DNA from: Myxococcota bacterium
GTDB lineage: Bacteria > Myxococcota > JACRCW01
Assembly: GCA_040752415.1 (NCBI GenBank)
Contig: JBFMGU010000247.1
Location: forward strand, 1-15,914
Length of the DNA stretch: 15,914 nt
Direction of reading: 5' to 3'
The position numbers and the translations under genes are program-made. Below the pieces are notes generated by a model. The model did no database searches. It was given only the letters and a program-made list of their open reading frames with translations, and had not been told where the DNA came from. Below are positions 1 through 7,304 of this stretch, in pieces. The first letter of the stretch is position 1. Each line of letters starts with the position of its first letter.

Positions 1-134
1 CCGGTGATTACGCACCCATCCAAAGGGAAAGCGGTGCTGCGCGCCCCCCGGTGCGCTGGGGTTCCGGATTGGGGCGCTTGCACACGCACTCCGAAAGCTT
101 GCGCGCTGCGTTCACCTCTCAGTGGCTCGGGCGA

Positions 135-596
135 TCACGAGGCCAGGTGAACCATGAGCGCGCGCTTGCGCAGCGACTCCACCACGCGGTGCTTGTCCTT
201 GCGCTTGAACGGCACCTCCAAGCTGGAGGAGCGCTCCTCCAGGTGGTGCAGCAATGACTGCCACAGGAAGTGGAACGTCTCGTGGTGCGCCGCGGTGGGG
301 CACACGCTGGTCAGGCCGCCGTCCTTGATGAAGCGGTCCAGCTCCTCCACCTCGTGGTCGATCTCCATGTCCAGCACCTTGCACAACATGGCCACCATCG
401 CGCTGTCAGGAGGAGGAAGACCCAGGAGCGCGTTCTTGAAACGCCGCTCGAACGTGGCGTTGTGCCATTCCAGCGTGTCCGGGTGGGGCGGGAACTCGTT
501 GCAGCGCTCATGCATCTCCGCGCCAATGAGGTCCGCCAGCACCTCCGCGCTGGAGTGCATCTGGTTGTCGATGATCCAGTTCTCAAGCTTGCCCAT
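135..596 (-). CDS. Hypothetical protein, 153 aa, His-rich, predicted largely alpha-helical
   Basis: ATG at 596 preceded by a GAGG SD-like sequence (minus strand GACGAGGAACCGCCATG). Protein-like composition, unlike the Arg/Ala/Pro-rich shadow frames. Begins 15 nt after the stop of the upstream regulator on the same strand. No family motif recognised. Confidence 0.8.
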   Translation of the reverse strand: MGKLENWIIDNQMHSSAEVLADLIGAEMHERCNEFPPHPDTLEWHNATFERRFKNALLGLPPPDSAMVAMLCKVLDMEIDHEVEELDRFIKDGGLTSVCPTAAHHETFHFLWQSLLHHLEERSSSLEVPFKRKDKHRVVESLRKRALMVHLAS

Positions 597-611
597 GGCG
601 GTTCCTCGTCG

Positions 612-2030
612 TCACGCGGGGAGGCTGGGACGACCGGCGCGCGACCCCAGCGCCGCTGCGTCCACGTTGTACTTCTTCACCAGCAGGAAGAAGCTCTTGC
701 GGTCCAGGCCGGCCTTGCGCGCGGCCACGCTGATGTTCCCGTTGCACTCGCGCAGCATGCGCTCCACGTAGGCCGCCTCAAAGCTCGCCAGCACGCGCGC
801 CTTGGAGTCCTTGAAGCCCAGTGAGGTGTCGCCCGCAATCTCCGGCTGGACGCGACCGCCGCCCATCCCGAGGTCATGCGCGTCGATCCTCCGTCCCTGG
901 CACAACACCACAGCCTGGTGCACCAGGTTCTCCAGCTCACGGATGTTGCCGGGCCACCGGGATTCCTCCAGCAACGCCGCCGCGCTCTCACTGAAGCCCT
1001 CCAACACCTTGCCGTGCTCCGCGCAGAACCGACGCAGGAAGTGATGCGCCAGCAGCGGGATGTCGCCCTTGCGGTCGCGCAGCGGCGGCAACGTGATGGG
1101 GACGATGTTGAGCCGGTAGTACAGGTCCTCGCGGAAGAGGCCTTCCTTGATGCGCTGCTTCAGATCGCGGTGCGTGGCGCCCACGATGCGCACGTCCGCC
1201 TTCAACGTCTGCGGAGAGCCCAGCGGCTTGTACTCGCGCGTCTGCAGGAAGCGCAGCAGCTTGACCTGCACGGGCGGAGAGATGTCGCCAATCTCGTCGA
1301 GGAACAGCGTGCCGCCTTCCGCGGCTTCCACCAGGCCGGGCGTGTCGCGGTGCGCGTCCGTGAAGGCGCCGCGCTTGTAACCAAACAGCTCGCTCTCCAA
1401 CAGCGTGTCGGGGAGCGCACCGCAGTTCACCGCCACCAGCCGCTTCCCCGCCCGACGAGAAAGACTGTGGATCGCGTTGGCGGCCACCTCCTTTCCCGTG
1501 CCGCTCTCGCCGTAGATCATGACGGCGGCGTCGGTCTGGGCCACCAGCGGAAGACGGTTCAGCACCGCGCGCAGCGAGGGACTGTTGCCGATGATCCCGC
1601 CCACGCCGTGCGCGCTCTTGTCGCGGAGCTGCTGCAGCTCACCCTTGAGACGCGCGTTCTCACGTTTGCGCTCCAACGCCTCCAGCACCTTGCGCACGCG
1701 GTGGGCAAACGCGTCCTTGGTGAACGGCTTGGCGATGTAGTCGTCCGCGCCCAGCTTCATCATCTGCACGACGTCATCCAGCGAGCTGTGCGCCGTCATC
1801 AGCAGCACCGGCAGCTCCGGGCGCTCCGTCTTCAACGCGCGCAGCAGCTCGTCACCCGTCATGGTGGGCATGCGGATGTCGCTCACCACGGCGTCCACGT
1901 CGGAGGAACGGACGCGCTCCAGCGCCTCCTTGCCGTCGCTGCAGAACACCACCTCGTAGGGTTCGTCCCGCGTGTAGAACTCGAGCAGGTACCGCGTGTT
2001 GGGGTCGTCATCGGCGATCAGGACGCGCAT
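612..2030 (-). CDS. NtrC/AtoC-family sigma-54-dependent response regulator (receiver + AAA+ + Fis-type HTH), ~472 aa
   Basis: Receiver MRVLIADDD...VVSDIRMP...IAKPF; Walker A GESGTGKE; ESELFGYKRGAFTDA; Walker B TLFLDEIG; FREDLYYRLN; WPGNIRELEN; C-terminal HTH GNISVAARKAGLDRKSF. Start moved from 2141 to ATG 2030, where the receiver begins, because the longer ORF would overlap divergent acpS. Confidence 0.95.
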   Translation of the reverse strand: MRVLIADDDPNTRYLLEFYTRDEPYEVVFCSDGKEALERVRSSDVDAVVSDIRMPTMTGDELLRALKTERPELPVLLMTAHSSLDDVVQMMKLGADDYIAKPFTKDAFAHRVRKVLEALERKRENARLKGELQQLRDKSAHGVGGIIGNSPSLRAVLNRLPLVAQTDAAVMIYGESGTGKEVAANAIHSLSRRAGKRLVAVNCGALPDTLLESELFGYKRGAFTDAHRDTPGLVEAAEGGTLFLDEIGDISPPVQVKLLRFLQTREYKPLGSPQTLKADVRIVGATHRDLKQRIKEGLFREDLYYRLNIVPITLPPLRDRKGDIPLLAHHFLRRFCAEHGKVLEGFSESAAALLEESRWPGNIRELENLVHQAVVLCQGRRIDAHDLGMGGGRVQPEIAGDTSLGFKDSKARVLASFEAAYVERMLRECNGNISVAARKAGLDRKSFFLLVKKYNVDAAALGSRAGRPSLPA

Positions 2031-2082
2031 GGGACGGATAAATAGGGCGCGGGCACCCCGACCGCCAGCCCGATTTTTGTGA

Positions 2083-2111
2083 TTGCGCCCCCGATGGAGG
2101 TTAAGTAGCCG
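2083..2111 (+). promoter_or_regulatory. Possible sigma-70-type promoter for acpS-nnr-tsaE
   Basis: TTGCGC (2083-2088), 17-nt spacer, TAGCCG (2106-2111), then 7 nt to ATG 2119. The -10 match is weak. Confidence 0.3.
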
Positions 2112-2118
2112 CACGGCC

Positions 2119-2520
2119 ATGGGAATGACGGTGGTGGGCATGGGGATGGACCTGGTGGAGGTGACGCGGATCCAGGCCGCGCTGGAGCGCCACGGCGAGC
2201 GCTTCCTGCACCGCGTGTGGACCGAGGCGGAGCTGGCCTACTGCCTTGGCCGCGGCCTCCAGCGGGACGAGAGCCTGGCCGCCCGCTTTGCGGCCAAGGA
2301 AGCCACCTGGAAGGCGCTGGGCGTGCCCCCAGGGCTGCGTTTCACGGAGATGGAGGTGGTGAGCGGGCAGGCCGGCCGGGCGCCGTACGTGCGGCTTTCC
2401 GGGCGCGCCAAGGAGGCCTCCGACCGGATGGGCGCCACTGGCACCATGCTCACCATGACGCACGCGGGCGGCGTGGCTGGCGCGGTGGTCCTGCTGACGA
2501 CGAGCGGGGTGGCACGATGA
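2119..2520 (+). CDS. acpS: Holo-[acyl-carrier-protein] synthase (4'-phosphopantetheinyl transferase)
   Basis: GMGMDLVEVTRI, RFLHRVWTEAE, LAARFAAKEATWKALG and LTMTHAGGVAGAVV match AcpS motifs. Start is ATG 2119 or 2125. Stop overlaps the next start (ATGA, 2517-2520). Confidence 0.95.
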   Translation: MGMTVVGMGMDLVEVTRIQAALERHGERFLHRVWTEAELAYCLGRGLQRDESLAARFAAKEATWKALGVPPGLRFTEMEVVSGQAGRAPYVRLSGRAKEASDRMGATGTMLTMTHAGGVAGAVVLLTTSGVAR

Positions 2521-4031
2521 TCCCGCTGTTGACGTCGGAGCAGATGCGTTCGGCGGATGGGCACACCATCAACACGCTGGGCGTGCCGGGCCGGGTGCTG
2601 ATGGAGACGGCGGGGCGTGCTTGCGCGGCGGAGGTGATGCGGCACCTGCGTCCGGGGGGGCGTGTCGTCGTGGTGTGCGGGACGGGGAACAACGGCGGGG
2701 ATGGGCTGGTGGTGGCGCGTGTGCTGAAGGAGCGCGGCGTGCGCCACAGCGTCATCCTCTTGGGCCGCCCCGACGACACCAAGGGCGACTGCGCCGCGAA
2801 CCTGCAGGCGTACCGCGCCATGGACGGACTGATTCACACCACCGAGGACGAGGCCGCGGTGATCGACCACCGGCCCATGCTGGAGGGCGCGGATCTCGTC
2901 GTGGACGCCATCTTTGGCACCGGCCTGTCCCGACCTGTCACCGGCAAGGCCGCGGCGATGATCGAGCTGATGGACGTGGTGCCCGCGCCGGTGCTGGCGG
3001 TGGATGTTCCGTCGGGAATCAGCAGTGACACGGGGGAGACGCTGGGCGTGAGCGTGCGTGCCAATTGGACCGTGGCCCTGGGCGCCATGAAGCGCGGACT
3101 TGCCCTGGTGCCGGGTGCGGACCGTGCCGGCGACGTGCGCGTGGTGGACATCGGGATTCCCACCGACGTCGTCACGAGGGGACCCGGCGTGGCCTGGGGT
3201 CTCACGCTGGACGACGCGCGCACGCTCCACGAACCCCGCGAGCTGGGCGCGCACAAGGGGACGGGTGGGCACATTGCCGTCGTCAGCGGCAGTCCCACGA
3301 TGGCGGGCGCGTCGGTGCTGGCGTGCGTAGGGGCGCTGCGCGCGGGGGCAGGGCGCGTGAGTCTGTTGTGGCACCAGGAGCTGGCCGCGCGGGATCTTCC
3401 CGTGGAAGTGACGACGTACCGCTGCGACGCGGGTCGCGAGCTGGACGCGGCCAAGGCGCATCGCATCGACGCATTGGCGGTGGGCCCGGGCCTCCCCCCC
3501 GACGACAACGCACAGAAGGTCCTCGCCGGCGCGTTCATCGGCTCGCTGCCGCTGGTGCTGGATGCGGGCGCGTTGGCCGCGCTGGGGACGGACCTGGCGA
3601 GGCTGAAGACAACGTCGGGGCGCGCGGTGCTGACGCCGCATCCCGCGGAGCTGGGGCGTCTGCTGGGCATTCCCACGACGGAAGTCCAGCGCGACCGGAT
3701 TGGCGCGGCGTTGCGCGCGGCGGATGCGTCGGGGTGCGTGGTGGTGAACAAGGGCGCGCGGAGTGTCATTGCCGCGCCCAGTGGCGACGTGGCGGTGTGC
3801 CTCTTGGGTCACCCCGTGCTCGCGTGCGGCGGGACCGGCGACGTGCTCGCGGGCATCATCGGTGCGTTGTTGGCGTCGGGACGGAGCGCATGGGATGCCG
3901 CGCGACTGGGTGTGATGCTGCACGCCCGCGCGGGTGAGCGACTGGCCGAGCAATATGGTCCCCAGGGCGTGCTGGCGACGGAGATCGCCGACGAGATCCC
4001 GCGCGTGTTCCGTGAGCTGGAGACGCCTTGA
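2517..4031 (+). CDS. nnr: Bifunctional NAD(P)H-hydrate epimerase/dehydratase (YjeF/Nnr), ~504 aa
   Basis: YjeF_N motifs LMETAG, CGTGNNGGDG, VDAIFGTG, AVDVPSG. Dehydratase motifs HKGTGG, ALRAGAG, VGPGL, VLDAGAL, LTPHPAELGRL, KGA, GGTGDVLAG. True start is ATG 2517 (MIPLLTSEQMR), overlapping the acpS stop. Confidence 0.95.
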   Translation: MIPLLTSEQMRSADGHTINTLGVPGRVLMETAGRACAAEVMRHLRPGGRVVVVCGTGNNGGDGLVVARVLKERGVRHSVILLGRPDDTKGDCAANLQAYRAMDGLIHTTEDEAAVIDHRPMLEGADLVVDAIFGTGLSRPVTGKAAAMIELMDVVPAPVLAVDVPSGISSDTGETLGVSVRANWTVALGAMKRGLALVPGADRAGDVRVVDIGIPTDVVTRGPGVAWGLTLDDARTLHEPRELGAHKGTGGHIAVVSGSPTMAGASVLACVGALRAGAGRVSLLWHQELAARDLPVEVTTYRCDAGRELDAAKAHRIDALAVGPGLPPDDNAQKVLAGAFIGSLPLVLDAGALAALGTDLARLKTTSGRAVLTPHPAELGRLLGIPTTEVQRDRIGAALRAADASGCVVVNKGARSVIAAPSGDVAVCLLGHPVLACGGTGDVLAGIIGALLASGRSAWDAARLGVMLHARAGERLAEQYGPQGVLATEIADEIPRVFRELETP

Positions 4032-4501
4032 TGCAGGTGGTGCGCAAGACCTCGTCCGAGGCGCAGACGGTGGCGCTGGCGCGCAAGCTGGCGGGCGTGA
4101 TGACGCCGGGCACGCACGTGTTGCTGACGGGTGACCTCGGCGCGGGGAAGACGGCGTTCGTGCGCGGGCTGGTGTCCGGTCTGCAAGGCGGAAAAGATGT
4201 GCGGGTGAAGAGCCCCACCTACGCGCTCTGTCACGCCTACCCCACGACGCCACGCATCTGGCACGCGGACCTCTACCGTCTGCAGGGACAGGCGCACGTG
4301 GAGGTGCTGGGCATCCTGGACAGCGTGGAGCCGAGCGACCTTCTCGTCGTGGAATGGGCGGAGATTGCGCCGGACATCAGCGCCGACGCGATTCGCGCGC
4401 GGCTCCGGATCACGGGGCCCAAGACGCGGGAGATCACGTTCACGTCGACGGGCGCGCGCAGCGAGTCGGTCCTGCGGCAATTCACACGCGCTGAATCGTG
4501 A
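4031..4501 (+). CDS. tsaE: tRNA threonylcarbamoyladenosine biosynthesis ATPase TsaE (YjeE)
   Basis: LLTGDLGAGKTAFVRG (P-loop), VKSPTY, HADLYRL, VVEWAE. The ATG at 4031 shares its A with the nnr stop (TGATG). The nnr-tsaE adjacency is a well-known synteny. Confidence 0.95.
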   Translation: MQVVRKTSSEAQTVALARKLAGVMTPGTHVLLTGDLGAGKTAFVRGLVSGLQGGKDVRVKSPTYALCHAYPTTPRIWHADLYRLQGQAHVEVLGILDSVEPSDLLVVEWAEIAPDISADAIRARLRITGPKTREITFTSTGARSESVLRQFTRAES

Positions 4502-6728
4502 CGTGGGTGTTGTAGTCGGGCTCGCCGCTGATGGGGTCGTAGACGCGCGGGAGCAACGGGTTGGCCTCGGGCCAGTACATCTGCAGCGTCCCGGGCTTCA
4601 CGCGGGAGATGCGTGCGCGGGCTTCCATCTCGCCATTGGGGCTCTTGAGCCGGATGGCCACGCCGTTGTCGACGCCCAGGGCGCGCGCGTCCTCCTCGCT
4701 GATGAGCACGCTGAGCCGGTCGGCGCCACCCACCAGCGGGTCCCTGGTGCCGCTGAGCATGGAGTTGAACTGCTTTCCTCGTCGGGTGGTGAGGCGGAAG
4801 GAGCCTTCGGGAATCCGCACGTCGTGGAGCGGCTGGACCCACAGGCGCGCGCGACCACCGGGCATCTTCGCGAAGTTCCAGTCCTCGAAGAGACGCTCGC
4901 CACCCCACTGCACCCAGTCGCCTTCCTTCTTGAGCGAGCCGATGCCCTTGTACAGCGGGACCAGCCGTTCGATCTCGTCGCGGATGTCCTGCGGTCCCTG
5001 CCACGCGAGGAGCTTCTCTCCGTCGGGAATGGCGCGTTGGACGATCTGCACGGGGATGAGCCACTCCGGTCGCGCTTCCGCGATGCGGGGGCCGGGAATC
5101 TCCGGTGAGAAACGGATTCTGCGCTCCGTGCTCGTCGACGTTCCGCCCCCGGGCTGCTCGTAACGCGTCATGCCCGGGAGCACGAGCACGGTGTCCGCGT
5201 CGAGCAGCGTGTTCGTGTTGAGCACGATGTCCTGGTGGATGCGCAGCTTCACCCGCGTCATCGCCTCGCGAGCGAAAGGCTTGTCCGGCATGGTCTCCAG
5301 CAGGTTCCCGCCGACCGCGTAGAGCACGTCGAACTCACCGCGGTGCATGGCTTCCAGCTGCTCTGGCGTCGTCATGCCGGGCCTGGACGGGACGGTCTTG
5401 CCCCACGCCTCACCCCACTTGCGCGCAGTCTCCTCGGTGACCTTCTCGCCGCCGGGGAACTTGGCCGGGTCCACGCCACATTCCGCGCCGCCCTGCACGC
5501 CGCTGTGACCGCGAATGGGCATGATTCCCGTGCGGGGCTTTCCCACCATCGCGCGCATGAGCGCCAGCGTGGCAATGCTCCGCACGTTCTCGACGCCAAA
5601 CCGGTGCTGCGTCAGTCCCATGCTGTAGATGAACACCGCCGTCTTGGCCTGCGCGTACAGCAACGCGAACCGCTCCATCTCCGCGCGCGGCAGCCCCGCT
5701 TCCCGCTCGATGTCCTCCCAGCTCATCGCCTCCAGCGTGGCCTTGGCCTCGACGAATCCCGTCGTGTGTTTCCCGATGAACTCGCGGTGCACCTCGCCAC
5801 GCTCGACGAGGACCTTCATCACGCCATTCATGAACGCGATGTCCCCGCCAATCCCGACGGAGAAGTGGTCATCCGCCAGCTGCGACCCGAACACCGCCGA
5901 CTTGGGCGCGGAGGGCACCCAGTAGCGCAAGAGCCCCGCCTCCACCGCGGGATTGACGACGACAACCCGGCTCCCCGCCTCCTTGGCGTACATCAGGTAC
6001 TTGGTGCTGACGGGCTGGTTGTTGGCCAGGTTGGTGCCCCAGAGCACGATGAGCTCCGAGCCGATGAGGTCCTTGAGGCTGCAGTTGGGCGCGCCCACGC
6101 CGAGGGTGTCGCTGAGGCCGTAGACGCTGGCGGCGTGACAGAGGCGCGCACAGATGTCGACGTGACGGCTGCCGTAAAGGCGCGCGGCCTTCTGGAAGGC
6201 GTAATACGTCTCGTTGGTGATGCCGCGGCTGGTGATGAACCAGGCCACGCGCTCGGGGTCGGTGTTCCTGAGCGTGCCGCCGGCGAGGTCCAGCGCTTCG
6301 TCCCAGCTGATGCGTCGGAAGCCCTCGTCTCCTCGTCGACGCACCAGGGGAAACGGGATGCGACCCAGGTCCTGCAGCTGCTCATTGGTGAGCTGGCGCA
6401 GCTTCTCCACGTCGGAAACGGTGTCCTCGGTGAAGCCGTCCATGGTGTTGAGACGCAACAGGCCCAGGCGAGTGAGGCAGAGGTGCGTGCCGGGAATGAC
6501 GTTGTCCTTGAGGCCGTAGGGACCCAGCGAGCAGCCGTCGCACACGCCGTGATTGAGGATGTCCCACGCGTATTTCCACTTGCCCCGGTTCTTGACCGCG
6601 ACCTTCATCATCTCGCGGAAATGCCGCGGCTTGTCCGGGTGAAGCACCCCAAAGGGGACGGCGTCCTGGATGATTTGCAGGGTGTTTCGGCGCAGCGTCG
6701 AGGGCCCGCCGATACGAGGTCGCGACAT
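4482..6728 (-). CDS. FdhF/YdeP-family molybdopterin oxidoreductase (formate dehydrogenase-like alpha subunit), ~748 aa
   Basis: N-terminal CDGC...[33 protein letters not shown] (Cys-His at the Mo-ligand site); [27 protein letters not shown]-terminal molybdopterin-dinucleotide-binding domain [11 protein letters not shown]...YWPEAN...SGEPDYN. Start is ATG 6728 or 6740. Confidence 0.92.
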   Translation of the reverse strand: MSRPRIGGPSTLRRNTLQIIQDAVPFGVLHPDKPRHFREMMKVAVKNRGKWKYAWDILNHGVCDGCSLGPYGLKDNVIPGTHLCLTRLGLLRLNTMDGFTEDTVSDVEKLRQLTNEQLQDLGRIPFPLVRRRGDEGFRRISWDEALDLAGGTLRNTDPERVAWFITSRGITNETYYAFQKAARLYGSRHVDICARLCHAASVYGLSDTLGVGAPNCSLKDLIGSELIVLWGTNLANNQPVSTKYLMYAKEAGSRVVVVNPAVEAGLLRYWVPSAPKSAVFGSQLADDHFSVGIGGDIAFMNGVMKVLVERGEVHREFIGKHTTGFVEAKATLEAMSWEDIEREAGLPRAEMERFALLYAQAKTAVFIYSMGLTQHRFGVENVRSIATLALMRAMVGKPRTGIMPIRGHSGVQGGAECGVDPAKFPGGEKVTEETARKWGEAWGKTVPSRPGMTTPEQLEAMHRGEFDVLYAVGGNLLETMPDKPFAREAMTRVKLRIHQDIVLNTNTLLDADTVLVLPGMTRYEQPGGGTSTSTERRIRFSPEIPGPRIAEARPEWLIPVQIVQRAIPDGEKLLAWQGPQDIRDEIERLVPLYKGIGSLKKEGDWVQWGGERLFEDWNFAKMPGGRARLWVQPLHDVRIPEGSFRLTTRRGKQFNSMLSGTRDPLVGGADRLSVLISEEDARALGVDNGVAIRLKSPNGEMEARARISRVKPGTLQMYWPEANPLLPRVYDPISGEPDYNTHVTIQRV

Positions 6729-6838
6729 GCGCGTATCCATGCCGCGCAGCGCGACAGGGGGCAAGTGGAGGAAGCCTTGCCGTCGGCTCAGGGGCACGGC
6801 TATTGGCGGCGCGCCTGAGAGACAGGCAGGGAGACGTC

Positions 6839-7300
6839 GTGACGGGCCAGAAGAAGCTTCCGCGCGTGGACGCCTGGTGCGACGGCGCCTGTTCCGGCAA
6901 CCCCGGTCCGGGCGGTTGGGGTGTCCTCCTCCGCTACGGCGACAAGGAGAAGGAGCTCAGCGGCGGCGCGCCGCACACCACCAACAACAAGATGGAGCTC
7001 ACCGCGGCCATCCAGGTGCTGCGCGCGCTGAAGAAGCCCTGCCACGTCGTCATCCACACGGACAGCAAGTACGTCATCAACGGCATCACCGACTGGATCC
7101 ATGGCTGGAAGAAGCGGGGTTGGGTCAACAGTCAGAAGAAGCCCGTCGAGAACAAGGAGCTCTGGGTGGCGCTGGATGCCGCCCAGGACTCACATGAAGT
7201 CGAGTGGAAGTGGGTGAAGGGCCACGCCGGTCACGTCGAGAATGAGCGCGTGGACGAGCTGGCGCGCGCGCAGGCCGAAGCTCACATGGCCCTGCGCTGA
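6839..7300 (+). CDS. rnhA: Ribonuclease HI
   Basis: [41 protein letters not shown] and [18 protein letters not shown], with all catalytic D/E/D/H/D residues present. GTG 6839 is preceded by GGGAG. Confidence 0.97.
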   Translation: MTGQKKLPRVDAWCDGACSGNPGPGGWGVLLRYGDKEKELSGGAPHTTNNKMELTAAIQVLRALKKPCHVVIHTDSKYVINGITDWIHGWKKRGWVNSQKKPVENKELWVALDAAQDSHEVEWKWVKGHAGHVENERVDELARAQAEAHMALR

Positions 7301-7304
7301 CGGT

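Noticed and set aside
2217..2516. Apparent 100-aa N-terminal extension of Nnr, or an AcpS-Nnr fusion
   Set aside because: The extension is an alternative frame of acpS. Nnr homology begins at ATG 2517 in an ordinary ATGA overlap, and the two genes are in different frames.
2238..4253. 671-aa minus-strand ORF antisense to acpS/nnr/tsaE
   Set aside because: Arg/Ala/His/Pro-rich sequence with no motifs, fully overlapping well-supported genes. Typical shadow ORF of high-GC DNA.
6135..6152. Possible selenocysteine in the FDH-like enzyme
   Set aside because: The ligand codon is TGT (Cys) and the frame has no internal TGA.
5235..6818. 527-aa plus-strand ORF antisense to the oxidoreductase (likewise 876..2045, 7524..8567, 8793..10010, 11004..11867, 14831..15691)
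   Set aside because: Antisense mirror frames arising from GC-rich codon bias, with no recognisable domains.
6839..7300. RNase H as part of a retron, retroelement or defence module
   Set aside because: It is a canonical stand-alone RNase HI with no reverse transcriptase, integrase or recognisable ncRNA nearby.
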